Assembly (NCBI GenBank): GCA_039925885.1
Contig: JBDSYB010000381.1
Coordinates: forward strand, 1-41,143
From: Verrucomicrobiota bacterium
GTDB taxonomy: Bacteria; Verrucomicrobiota; Verrucomicrobiia; Limisphaerales; CANJXF01
Direction: 5' to 3'
Length of the DNA stretch: 41,143 nucleotides
The notes beneath the pieces are model-generated. The model was not told where the DNA came from. It did no database searches and saw only the letters and a program-made list of their open reading frames with translations. The translations under genes were made by a program, and so were the position numbers. Below are positions 1 to 9,413 of this stretch, one piece after another. The stretch's first letter is position 1; each line of letters begins with the position of its first letter.

Positions 1-228
1 GATCCGCCCATTCGTTCTCGAAAATCCGTTCCCGATTGCTGGCTTGGCTTGGAGTTGGTTGAAGGAAAAAATCGTCAAGTTCGTCGGATGACCGCTGCCA
101 TTGGACACCCCACGTTGCGTCTGATTCGTGTGCAGATCGGACAATTGTCGATAGGCCATCTCAAACCGGGCGAGTGGCGAACGCTCAACCCGGACGAGCG
201 CGCGCTCGTCTTTAATTCACCGGATTGA
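1..228 (+). CDS. rluE: Pseudouridine synthase, RsuA/RluE family (3' part only; 5' end outside window)
   Basis: Hand translation of frame +1: [43 protein letters not shown]...NSPD*. The [10 protein letters not shown] and PTLRLIR motifs and the PPIR..K..P..W segment are typical of RluE. Confidence 0.85.
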   Translation, partial: DPPIRSRKSVPDCWLGLELVEGKNRQVRRMTAAIGHPTLRLIRVQIGQLSIGHLKPGEWRTLNPDERALVFNSPD

Positions 229-323
229 CTTCTTCATTTCCTTCAACCGGATCATCTCAAAAAACAAATGCGTTGCGCAGCCTGAGCAAATTGTGGCTTT
301 ATTTCCGGATGCGGTAATCGCGT

Positions 324-602
324 ATGAAGCGGCGAAGGATGATTATTTTTTATTCAGGCCGTGTGCAAAACGTTGGCTTTCGATATGCTGTCAAGGCGGT
401 GGCCACTGGATTTGAAGTGACAGGGACGGTTCGCAATCTTGACGATGGCCGTGTAGAAATGATTGCGGAAGGAATGAAATCTGAATTGGAAGAGTTCCAG
501 CGCGCCGTGCAGGATTCGGAAGTGGGCCGTTTTATTCGCGGGGAAGTAGTGACAATGCTTGATGCAAAAAATGATTTTCGCGGTTTTGAAATTATTAAGT
601 AA
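324..602 (+). CDS. acyP: Acylphosphatase
   Basis: 92 aa with SGRVQxVGFR and GTVRNLDDGRVE motifs (catalytic Arg and Asn present). Confidence 0.92.
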   Translation: MKRRRMIIFYSGRVQNVGFRYAVKAVATGFEVTGTVRNLDDGRVEMIAEGMKSELEEFQRAVQDSEVGRFIRGEVVTMLDAKNDFRGFEIIK

Positions 603-614
603 ACTGGGGACTGA

Positions 615-1343
615 ATGAAGTACGCAATTATCGCCGATATTCACGCTAATCTTGAGGCGTTTCAAGTCGTGCTCGCCGACATTAAAGATCAAAAATGCAC
701 GCATGTGGCTTGCTTGGGCGACATCGTTGGTTACAACGCCAACCCAAAAGAATGTCTCGATATTGTTCGCGGCATGAACATTCCCTGCGTTAAAGGCAAT
801 CATGATCAATACTGTTCTTCGGAAGAAGATTTGGAGGGGTTCAGCCCAAACGCAGCCGCGGCGGCTCTTTGGACACGCCCCAGATTGACGGCTGATGATC
901 GTCAGTGGTTGAGCGAACTAAAATATATTCGCATGGTCGCCAGTTTTTCAATCGTCCACGCCACGCTCGATGTGCCACAGCGCTGGGGCTACGTTTTTCG
1001 GGACGATAAACTCGCCGCAGCCGCCAGTTTCACTTATCAAAATACTTCCGTTTGTTTTTTTGGTCACACCCATGTGCCAGTCGCTTTTATTCGCGACAGC
1101 GTGGTGCGGGGCGGAACGTATTCAAAATTCAAAGTTGAACAGGGGAGAAAATATTTCGTCAATGTCGGGAGTGTTGGACAACCGCGTGACAATGACCCCA
1201 AAGCCAAATATGTGGTTTACGATATGGACGAAGGTTCCATCGAGTTGCGTAAGTTGGATTATGACATTCCTACGACGCAAAAGAAAATTTTGGAGGCTGG
1301 TCTTCCCTCCCGCCTGGCAGACCGCCTCGCCGTTGGAAAATAG
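615..1343 (+). CDS. Calcineurin-like metallophosphoesterase (YfcE/MJ0936-like)
   Basis: DIHAN, GDIVGY, GNHD, GHTH and NVGSVGQPRD motifs. Confidence 0.9.
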   Translation: MKYAIIADIHANLEAFQVVLADIKDQKCTHVACLGDIVGYNANPKECLDIVRGMNIPCVKGNHDQYCSSEEDLEGFSPNAAAAALWTRPRLTADDRQWLSELKYIRMVASFSIVHATLDVPQRWGYVFRDDKLAAAASFTYQNTSVCFFGHTHVPVAFIRDSVVRGGTYSKFKVEQGRKYFVNVGSVGQPRDNDPKAKYVVYDMDEGSIELRKLDYDIPTTQKKILEAGLPSRLADRLAVGK

Positions 1344-1364
1344 TTTTTTCCACTTTGAAGGTGG

Positions 1365-2408
1365 ATGGAATTGCGCTTGTTGAAAATCCTCATTCTCAAA
1401 CCGAGTTCCCTCGGCGATGTCATCCAGGCAATGCCCGTTCTGCGTCTGCTCAAATTACATCATCCCAACAGTGAAATTTTTTGGTGGATAAATTCCAACC
1501 TCGCACCGCTACTGGCGAACGATCCGGATTTAAAAGGCATTTTTTCATTCCACCGCCGCCGTTGGTCATCGCTTTTTAACTGGAATGAACTTCTCGCCAG
1601 CATTCGGCAAATGCGCAGGAAAAATTTTGATCTGGTAATTGATTTGCAAGGCCTGGCCCGAAGCGGCAGTTTCGCCTGGCTGGCCAACGGCGGCCTCACG
1701 ATTGGACTGGACGATGCGCGCGAAGGTGCGCGGGGGTTTTATGATGTGGCCATCCCCCGCCCTTCCTCTCATACACACGCCGTCGATTGGTATTTGCAGG
1801 TGCTGAAATTTTTAGATGTACCCGTGCATCACAATTTTCAATGGCTGGCTCCTCACCTCGAGAGCCAGAGAAAAGTTGAAGAAATCGCCGGGAGGGATGT
1901 CCGCTGGATTGCCATCAATCCCGGCGCGCGCTGGCTCAACAAGCGCTGGCCTGCGGAATATTTTTCTGAACTGGTGGGCCGGTTGGCCGTACAAAATAAA
2001 AACTCCCGCTTCGTCATTCTCGGAGGAAAAGACGACCAGCCCTTGGGTCAAATTATTTCGCGGTCCCACCAGAATAGCTGTTTGGATTTAACCGGAAAAA
2101 CCTCGTTGCTCGAAATGATCGAGTGGATTCGGCGCAGCGAATTTATTGTAACCAACGATACCGGACCGATGCATGTCGCGGCCGCTTTGAAAAAACCCGT
2201 CATTGCTCTGTTCGGGCCAACCGCGCCTCAACGAACGGGACCCTACGGCCAGCTCGAAAAAACAGTGCGCATCCCTTTGCCTTGCAGCCCGTGCTTGAAA
2301 AATTTTTGCTCCTATCCAAAACCGCTGGAATGTTTGCGGGCAATCACACCCCAATTTGTGCACGATGAAATCCAGCGCCGCCCGGAAATTTCCACGCGAT
2401 TCGAGTGA
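1365..2408 (+). CDS. LPS heptosyltransferase, glycosyltransferase family 9 (WaaC/WaaF-like); start may be TTG at 1380
   Basis: KILILKPSSLGDV N-terminus; DLQGLARS, KRWP, NDTGPMHVAAAL and LFGPT motifs. Confidence 0.9.
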   Translation: MELRLLKILILKPSSLGDVIQAMPVLRLLKLHHPNSEIFWWINSNLAPLLANDPDLKGIFSFHRRRWSSLFNWNELLASIRQMRRKNFDLVIDLQGLARSGSFAWLANGGLTIGLDDAREGARGFYDVAIPRPSSHTHAVDWYLQVLKFLDVPVHHNFQWLAPHLESQRKVEEIAGRDVRWIAINPGARWLNKRWPAEYFSELVGRLAVQNKNSRFVILGGKDDQPLGQIISRSHQNSCLDLTGKTSLLEMIEWIRRSEFIVTNDTGPMHVAAALKKPVIALFGPTAPQRTGPYGQLEKTVRIPLPCSPCLKNFCSYPKPLECLRAITPQFVHDEIQRRPEISTRFE

Positions 2409-2519
2409 ATACGCCCAGGGCCAGCAACGTCGATCCTTCCGCACGGTTGAAAATTTTTCAGGGCGGTTGAACTGGTTTTGCAGCTTGCTCCCAAGTGGTT
2501 CGACTCTAAAATCGTTTTA

Positions 2520-3401
2520 ATGAAAATCATTACGTTCATCTTGATTCTTTGGGTGGCTATTTTGCCCAATGTTCGTGCACAAGTCGCGGCCGTGACCGTG
2601 AATGTGTCCCTCGATCAGGAACAATTTTTGTCCAATGAAGAGCTTCGCGTGGCGGTGCGAATCACCAATCGATCGGGCCAGACCTTGAAATTTGGAAAAG
2701 AAAATGACTGGCTGACATTCACCGTTGAAGCGCGAGATCAGTATGTCGTTTCTCAATTGAGCGATGTTCCGGTGGCGGGTGAGTTTTCCCTCGAATCTTC
2801 CGAAAGCGGCACCAAACGGGTGAACATCACACCTCATTTTGATTTTCGCCAATCGGGTCGCTACCAGATCACCGCCACCGTAAAAATTCCCCAGTGGGGC
2901 AAAGACATTGCGAGCCGTCCCGTCGTGTTTGACATTGTCACGCCCACGAAACTAAAAGAATTCGATTTTGGCGTTCCCACCACCGCCACCAATGCTGCGC
3001 CGGAAATGCGCAAGTATATTTTGCAGCAAGCGATTTATCTCAAACAAATGCGGTTGTATTTGCGGGTCACTGATTCCACCGGCACGACCGTTTTCCGCGT
3101 TTTTCCCATCGCGCCCATGATCTCGTTCAGCAAACCGGAGGCTCAAGTCGATAAGGAGAGCAATCTCCATGTCCTTCACCAGACTTACAGTCATTCCTTC
3201 AATTACAGCGTGATCAATCCTGACGGCAACGTGATCCAGCAACGAACTTATGATTACACCTCTACTCGCCCCCGCCTTGATACGGATTCCGACGGAAAAA
3301 TCGCGGTTGTGGGTGGCGCACTGAGAATGACTGCCAACGATTTACAAAAAGCGACTGCCGCTCAATTGCCTGCCCAGGATGCGCCTTCTAAAAAACCATA
3401 A
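2520..3401 (+). CDS. Hypothetical exported protein
   Basis: Long ORF. MKIITFILILWVAILPNVRA is a signal peptide starting at ATG 2520, with TAAAAT 7 nt upstream. Mature region is beta-rich. Confidence 0.7.
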   Translation: MKIITFILILWVAILPNVRAQVAAVTVNVSLDQEQFLSNEELRVAVRITNRSGQTLKFGKENDWLTFTVEARDQYVVSQLSDVPVAGEFSLESSESGTKRVNITPHFDFRQSGRYQITATVKIPQWGKDIASRPVVFDIVTPTKLKEFDFGVPTTATNAAPEMRKYILQQAIYLKQMRLYLRVTDSTGTTVFRVFPIAPMISFSKPEAQVDKESNLHVLHQTYSHSFNYSVINPDGNVIQQRTYDYTSTRPRLDTDSDGKIAVVGGALRMTANDLQKATAAQLPAQDAPSKKP

Positions 3402-4506
3402 AAATTCGCCAGTGTTCAGGCTCTTGCATCTCGCTTGTCTTCTCTGGCTTTTAATTCCGTTCAATCTTTGCGGTCAAAGCATCGCTCTCAAACTGCGCAA
3501 TGGTGATCGCCTCACCGGGAAAATTCTTTCCGAAACCACCAACCAGGTAAATTTAAGCACCACTTGGGCTAAGGAAATTTCCGTTCCTCTCACAGAAATT
3601 TTGTCGCGAGAAATAATCCCAATTACCCAGAATGTCGCGATTAATACCATTCTCTCCACCACGAACAACTCGACATCCACCAACTCCATCGCGGCCACCA
3701 ATGCGATTGCCGCGACAAATGTGGTTTCTTCAACCAACGCTTCTGCCACAAATACGCTCGCTAAAACGCCGCCCGTCGTGGTTCCGACCAAGCCTCCCGT
3801 GAAACCCAAAAAACCTTCCTCGTGGCATGGAGATGCGCAAGTCGGCGTGGACGTAGGAATTAGCGCCACTAGACGCCAGCTTTACTACGGACGTTTCAAA
3901 ATTACCTTTGCACCCGTCCACGAAGGTCCGCCCGGCACGAATTCCCGGGTCATCGAGCGGTTTCGCAATACGTTTGATTATAACGCCGCCTATGGAACCA
4001 CTGACGGCCTTCTATCCGCCAACCGCATGGACGGCAGTTCCAAAACCGATTTTGATTTGGGAGCAAAAAAAAGGTTCTTCGTTTACAACCTCATCGGCGG
4101 GGGCTACGACGAAATTCGCAAAATCGATGCGCGCTACGAATTCGGTCCTGGTATCGGCTATCATGTATTCACTCGAACTAATTTCGTTTTGAACACCGAA
4201 GTTGGGTTGAATTATCAGGTGCAATATCTGGCGACAGGCGCGACGACCGAACGGTTCTACTATCGGTTTGCGGAAGATCTAACCTGGAAGATTTCAAAAA
4301 CTTTGACGTTCGATGAAAAGTTAGAATTTTTCCCCGCGTTCAATTTGCAGGAGTATCGGCTGCGTTTCGAAAGCAACCTGAAGTATTTTCTGCTCGAGAA
4401 TCTTACCTTCAACCTGACCGTCCTCGACATTTTTGACACGCAACCTGCGGCAAACGTGGGGGAGAACGATTTGCAAATTCGATCTTCAATCGGTCTTAAA
4501 TTTTAA
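3379..4506 (+). CDS. DUF481-family outer-membrane beta-barrel protein
   Basis: Signal peptide, LRNGDRLTG N-domain, Thr/Asn/Pro-rich linker, amphipathic beta strands, GPGIGY motif and C-terminal Phe (IGLKF). Confidence 0.75.
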   Translation: MRLLKNHKNSPVFRLLHLACLLWLLIPFNLCGQSIALKLRNGDRLTGKILSETTNQVNLSTTWAKEISVPLTEILSREIIPITQNVAINTILSTTNNSTSTNSIAATNAIAATNVVSSTNASATNTLAKTPPVVVPTKPPVKPKKPSSWHGDAQVGVDVGISATRRQLYYGRFKITFAPVHEGPPGTNSRVIERFRNTFDYNAAYGTTDGLLSANRMDGSSKTDFDLGAKKRFFVYNLIGGGYDEIRKIDARYEFGPGIGYHVFTRTNFVLNTEVGLNYQVQYLATGATTERFYYRFAEDLTWKISKTLTFDEKLEFFPAFNLQEYRLRFESNLKYFLLENLTFNLTVLDIFDTQPAANVGENDLQIRSSIGLKF

Positions 4507-4653
4507 GCTTCACCTTTGTTCCGACCAACACGCCTATTTTTCTGCCGCGAACATTTTGCTGATGCAATAAGTTCTGGTCCGTCGTGACCAGCAGATTGAA
4601 TCCGGCAGCTCCACCACAAGAAAATACGAGGTGAAAAAATACAATGACCGGCA

Positions 4654-4682
4654 TTGCAAGTAACACTATCGCGAGATAAAAT
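4654..4682 (+). promoter_or_regulatory. Sigma70-type promoter for the 4694 gene
   Basis: TTGCAA (4654-4659), 17-nt spacer, TAAAAT (4677-4682). Confidence 0.6.
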
Positions 4683-4693
4683 ATCACCACGCC

Positions 4694-5698
4694 ATGATCG
4701 CTTATATGCCTGCTATAAGAGTTTTATTGATTGGTTTAACTACGCTCACGAACGTGTCCGGTTTATTTGATTGTTATGCTATCGAACAAGCTCCTGTTCC
4801 TTCCGCCGCATTGGCCAGTAAATACAACAATGCGCACCAAGGGCGAACGGGTGATTGTTATCTGTTAAAAAATCCTAAGGCACTTATTCCCTTACGTTAT
4901 GCGGACGGCACACCTCGAGGTTACTATGTGAGTGGCGAGTATCCTGTAACTAAACGTCAATCAACTAGTCGTGACGTGGAAAACCCCGATAGAAGCGCTT
5001 GTCCTCCGGGAACGACAGAAATTGACGCGCGTGAAATTGTTGATTCTCCCGCAGGAAAAATGGTTTTTCATCCCGGCGGAGGCAGTTACGCACATTATCC
5101 GGGAGGAGTAAATCAGTGGGGTCAGTATGGGCACATACTTCTTTCCGATTTTTCTAAATCCCAACTTTTGCCGGTCATTCATGAAGGCAAGCCGGTTGGA
5201 AACGGCGCGGAATGCGCCACCGCAAAACCGGGTCACCCAAATTACGGCGAATATTATATTAAACCGATCAGCATCGATGATGAAATGTGGTATAAGAAAC
5301 CCCACGCAAAGATGACCGGAGCTCGTTACCTAAATTATGGCGATAGAGGTCACGGTGGAATGTATTTGGTATGGAATTGGGTTCAAAATGGAAACCCGAG
5401 CCTTGAGGAAAAAGATAATCACGTTCCAGGCGGTGGCTACGTTCGAGCTGTTCTGAAACGCAGCATGATATTTTATCGTTGCGACGTTGAACCACTCAAG
5501 ACGGTTTCGTATGGATTAGACGACCAACAAAACGGATGGGTAACCGTTGTTTACGGCAAAACCTATACCGGGAAGCAATGGATTTATGGATGGACTATTC
5601 ACTCCTACGAAAAATGGAATCACAATCCCAAAGGCCAGATTCAAAAAAAATATGTAGAAGTTCTGTGGCCTATTTCTAAAGGTCCTTTACCCAATTGA
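4694..5698 (+). CDS. Hypothetical, probably exported, Gly/Tyr/Trp-rich protein
   Basis: 334-aa ORF with a hydrophobic N-terminus and its own promoter. No family recognised. Confidence 0.75.
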   Translation: MIAYMPAIRVLLIGLTTLTNVSGLFDCYAIEQAPVPSAALASKYNNAHQGRTGDCYLLKNPKALIPLRYADGTPRGYYVSGEYPVTKRQSTSRDVENPDRSACPPGTTEIDAREIVDSPAGKMVFHPGGGSYAHYPGGVNQWGQYGHILLSDFSKSQLLPVIHEGKPVGNGAECATAKPGHPNYGEYYIKPISIDDEMWYKKPHAKMTGARYLNYGDRGHGGMYLVWNWVQNGNPSLEEKDNHVPGGGYVRAVLKRSMIFYRCDVEPLKTVSYGLDDQQNGWVTVVYGKTYTGKQWIYGWTIHSYEKWNHNPKGQIQKKYVEVLWPISKGPLPN

Positions 5699-5760
5699 TG
5701 AGTTGGTTCCGTGAATCAAAAATTTTACATATTTGCCGGCAACCAAGGACGCGGCCTTGT

Positions 5761-5862
5761 TCAAATTCTCAAACGGACTGAGATTCTTTTCATTTTTGCA
5801 GACGAAACGGGGGACAAGATGGAACTCATCTCTACCCATTGAGAAGAAGACTTTTTCGCCAT
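5761..5862 (-). CDS. Candidate leaderless small basic protein, 33 aa (MAKKSSSQWVEMSSILSPVSSAKMKRISVRLRI)
   Basis: ATG at 5862 lies 7 nt after a TTGACC-17-TAGTTT promoter. The ORF fills an otherwise empty intergenic gap. Confidence 0.4.
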   Translation of the reverse strand: MAKKSSSQWVEMSSILSPVSSAKMKRISVRLRI

Positions 5863-5869
5863 GCGCGGA

Positions 5870-5898
5870 AAACTAGAGAGAAGGCGCGGGGTGGTCAA
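5870..5898 (-). promoter_or_regulatory. Sigma70-type promoter
   Basis: Minus strand TTGACC (5898-5893), 17-nt spacer, TAGTTT (5875-5870). Confidence 0.5.
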
Positions 5899-6004
5899 TA
5901 TTGACGGCACACGAATCAATTCAAAGATGTGGTTGATGTTCCCGTTTTCCTGACCTTCTCGCCGCGATTGTTTTTGCGCCCAAGGTTCGTTAAGATTTCC
6001 GACG

Positions 6005-8380
6005 ATGCGTTTGCGAAATTTCACCACGCCCACTGCTCTACCGCTTCTCGCGGCGGGCTTTTTCCTCGCCGCTTTCGGGTCAATTTCCGGCAACACTTTT
6101 GCAAAATTAAAACCGGAAACTGCCACGCCAAAAACTTTTGAGCGCGACGTAAAACCTTTGCTCGAAAAATATTGTTACGGTTGTCACGGCGAGACCAAAA
6201 AAAAAGCAGACCTTTCGCTCGCGGTTTACGAAAATTTATCCTCCATCCTGAAAGACAAACCCGTTTGGGAAAAAGTTTTGCACAATGTGCAGACCCGTGA
6301 AATGCCGCCGGAAAACAAGCCTCAGCCCAGTGACGCGGAACGACTCCTCCTCGCCAAATGGATTGAAACCGAAGTTTTTCATTGCGATTGCGGGAATCCA
6401 GATCCCGGTCGGGTCACGCTCCATCGCCTTAACCGCACGGAATACAACAACTCCATCCGCGATTTGTTGGGCGTGAAATTTCGCCCGGCTGACGATTTTC
6501 CATCGGACGACACCGGTTACGGTTTCGATAATATTGGCGACGTTCTTTCGCTTTCTCCGATTCTCCTTGAAAAATACATGGCCGCAGCTGAAAAAATTTT
6601 ACATAAAGCGATTGTCACGGATTTTTCCACCAATGGAATTACGAATCGATTCGAAGCAGAACAAATTCGTTCCACCGCGCCGGGAAACATTTACAAATCG
6701 ACCGCTTTTCGTCTGGCGCGTGAAGGCGAGCTTGCGGTCACTTACGATTTTCCAAGAAACGGCGAATACATTTTTCGAGTGCGCGCCTTTGGAAAGCAAG
6801 CAGGCCCGGAGCCTGCCCGGATGGAGTTACGTCTCGACGGCGCGATTCTAAAAACAGTTGACGTCGTTGCGGTGGAAAATTCTCCGTCCATTTACGAAAT
6901 TCATTTCAAAACCAGCGGCGGAGAAAAAAAGTTGTCCGCCGCTTTCATTAATAATTTTGTCGATGCGAAGGAATCGAATCCATCCCGCCGAGATCGCGAT
7001 CTGGTCATTGATTACTTGGAAATCAACGGATCGATAGGAGTTCCTGTGCTGCCCGAATCTCACAAACGCATTTTTCCCAGAGCGGTTCCTTCATCAACGA
7101 GCGAGAGAAAACTTTATGCGCGAGAAATTCTGCAAAAGTTTACGCGTCTCGCTTACCGGCGACTTGTCACGCCGGAGGAAGTGGATCGCCTCGGCCAATT
7201 GGCACAAGTCGCACAGGATGAAGGAGAAAATTTTGAGTCAGGTATAAAACTGGCCCTGCAAGCGGTGCTGGTTTCCCCGCATTTTCTATTTCGCGGCGAG
7301 TTCCAAACAAACCCAGATAATTCGAAATCAATTCAGCCCATTGACGAGTTCGCCCTGGCGTCCCGTCTTTCCTTTTTTCTTTGGAGCAGCACGCCTGATG
7401 AAAAACTGCTCCGCTTGGCAGAACACGGGCAATTGCGGAAACAACTCGAATCCCAGGTCCGCAGAATGATGCGCGATGAAAAAGCTTTTGCCCTTGTGGA
7501 AAATTTTGCGGGGCAATGGTTGCAAATTCGCAACTTAAACCTCGTCATGCCGGATGCGGAAAACTTCCCCACATTCGACGAAGCCTTGCGCGTCGCCATG
7601 CGGAAGGAAACCGAGTTGTTCATGGAATCGCTCTTGAAAGAAAATCGCAGCGTCTTTGATTTGTTGAGCGCAAATTATACTTTTGTTAACGAACGTCTGG
7701 CACGGCATTACGGCATCCCGGGAGTTTCAGGCGAAAATTTTCGACGTGTTAGTTTGAAAGGAACTTCCCGCAGCGGAATTTTGACTCACGCTAGTATCCT
7801 GACTTTGACATCCAATCCAACACGCACCTCGCCTGTCAAACGTGGTAAATGGGTTCTGGAAAATATCCTCGGCACACCGCCGCCACCGCCACCGCCCAAC
7901 GTACCCGATTTGCAGGAGAAAAAAGATCTGGCCCACGCCCAGACGCTCCGGGAACGAATGGAGCGGCATCGCTCCGACCCCGCTTGCGCCTCGTGCCACG
8001 CGCGCATGGATCCGATTGGTTTCGCGTTTGAAAATTTTGACGCCGTCGGTTCGTGGAGAAACAAAGATGGGAATGCGACAATTGATTCCTCCGGCCAATT
8101 AGTGAGCGGCGAAACTTTTCAGGACGCCGCGACGCTTCGGCAGATTCTCGTTTCGAAAAAGAAAGAGGAATTTCTCAATTGCCTTTCTGGAAAATTACTG
8201 ACTTACGCGCTCGGCCGAGGATTGGAAATGTATGATCGCTGCGCCTTGGAGGAAATGGGAAAGCACCTGGCGAAAAACGGTTACAAATTTAACGAACTGA
8301 TTCTGGAGGTCGGGAAAAGCGTTCCTTTTCAGAAACGCCGAGGGGATGATCAAGAAACCAGTGTGGTGTCAGGCAATTGA
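6005..8380 (+). CDS. DUF1592/DUF1588/DUF1587/DUF1585/DUF1595 (PSD/PSCyt) multidomain cytochrome c protein
   Basis: Two heme motifs (CYGCH, CASCH); RLNRTEYNN, GYGFDN, LASRLSFFLW, RTSPVKRGKW and DPIGFAFENFD motifs; internal CBM-like segment ending DRDLVIDYLEI. Confidence 0.9.
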   Translation: MRLRNFTTPTALPLLAAGFFLAAFGSISGNTFAKLKPETATPKTFERDVKPLLEKYCYGCHGETKKKADLSLAVYENLSSILKDKPVWEKVLHNVQTREMPPENKPQPSDAERLLLAKWIETEVFHCDCGNPDPGRVTLHRLNRTEYNNSIRDLLGVKFRPADDFPSDDTGYGFDNIGDVLSLSPILLEKYMAAAEKILHKAIVTDFSTNGITNRFEAEQIRSTAPGNIYKSTAFRLAREGELAVTYDFPRNGEYIFRVRAFGKQAGPEPARMELRLDGAILKTVDVVAVENSPSIYEIHFKTSGGEKKLSAAFINNFVDAKESNPSRRDRDLVIDYLEINGSIGVPVLPESHKRIFPRAVPSSTSERKLYAREILQKFTRLAYRRLVTPEEVDRLGQLAQVAQDEGENFESGIKLALQAVLVSPHFLFRGEFQTNPDNSKSIQPIDEFALASRLSFFLWSSTPDEKLLRLAEHGQLRKQLESQVRRMMRDEKAFALVENFAGQWLQIRNLNLVMPDAENFPTFDEALRVAMRKETELFMESLLKENRSVFDLLSANYTFVNERLARHYGIPGVSGENFRRVSLKGTSRSGILTHASILTLTSNPTRTSPVKRGKWVLENILGTPPPPPPPNVPDLQEKKDLAHAQTLRERMERHRSDPACASCHARMDPIGFAFENFDAVGSWRNKDGNATIDSSGQLVSGETFQDAATLRQILVSKKKEEFLNCLSGKLLTYALGRGLEMYDRCALEEMGKHLAKNGYKFNELILEVGKSVPFQKRRGDDQETSVVSGN

Positions 8381-8400
8381 TCGCTCCCCAATTGGCGCGA

Positions 8401-9375
8401 CTAAACCGAAGTTTTTTTTTGCCGCCATTCCGTCTTTGCTGGCTCCGGCAACCCTTGCGCCCGTAGCGCCGTCCGAAAGTGCATCTTCGCTACAACCGGA
8501 AATTTTTCCAAACCGTGTTTGTTTAAAAATTCTTTGGCCGCCGCGTCCACCGCTGCCGATGCGCCTTTCGGGAACACCATCCCAAAACTTTTTCCCAAAC
8601 CAGCTAATCGCGTAACAAATTCGTTCCGCGCCAAAATCGAAGCGGCCGCCACTGCGATGTCTTCTTCAGCTTTGTGTCGCTGCACCAGTTCAATGCCGCG
8701 CCCCAAAATCATAATCGCTTTACCCACGGTCGCTTTGTCCGCCGCGAACTGATCGCTGATCACGCGCACTGGCGGCGGCTTCATTCGATGTTGCTGCCCC
8801 ATCAGATTTTCGATCACGCGCGCGTGGCCCCAGGCCAGCAGCGTGTTCACACTGCGCATTTTTGCGTAAAGCCGATTGTAAGATTCATTGCCAATCGGAA
8901 CCACCGCCGTGACGCAACCGGGCGTTTCACGAATGAACTTCGCCAATTCAAAAATTCTTTTGTCGCTCGAAATATTTTTGGAATCACGAATGCCCGCCTC
9001 TTTCCATTCGTTGATTATTTTTTCGTTCACATAAACTCCGGCGACGCACAGCGGCCCGAAAAAATCGCCCTTGCCGCTTTCGTCAATGCCGAGCCTCGGC
9101 AACAACAACTCGGGGTTTAACACAGCTTCATAACCCAACTTCGCCTCGCCCAAAATTTGCGGTTCCAAAACAAACTCGACGAATTCCTGTGTCCCCTTCC
9201 CTTGCAGCACCAGTTTTCCGCTCTCGTAGAACACGATGTTTAATTTGTCTTTGCTGCCTGCAAACTTCGCATAGGGAACGTCGCGAAATTCAAATTGATT
9301 TTCCTGCAGATTTTTTTTTAACGACGCCGCTTGCGCCTCAGACAATTTGCAGGTGTATAAAGTGAGCGGTTTCAA
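8401..9375 (-). CDS. rnhC: Ribonuclease HIII
   Basis: N-terminal TBP-like domain (YESGKLVLQGK), then GIDESGKGDFFGP, DSK and VAAASILAR motifs. Confidence 0.93.
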   Translation of the reverse strand: MKPLTLYTCKLSEAQAASLKKNLQENQFEFRDVPYAKFAGSKDKLNIVFYESGKLVLQGKGTQEFVEFVLEPQILGEAKLGYEAVLNPELLLPRLGIDESGKGDFFGPLCVAGVYVNEKIINEWKEAGIRDSKNISSDKRIFELAKFIRETPGCVTAVVPIGNESYNRLYAKMRSVNTLLAWGHARVIENLMGQQHRMKPPPVRVISDQFAADKATVGKAIMILGRGIELVQRHKAEEDIAVAAASILARNEFVTRLAGLGKSFGMVFPKGASAAVDAAAKEFLNKHGLEKFPVVAKMHFRTALRAQGLPEPAKTEWRQKKTSV

Positions 9376-9413
9376 AAAATTTAACTTCTAAAATCTTAGA
9401 CACAATTATCAGA

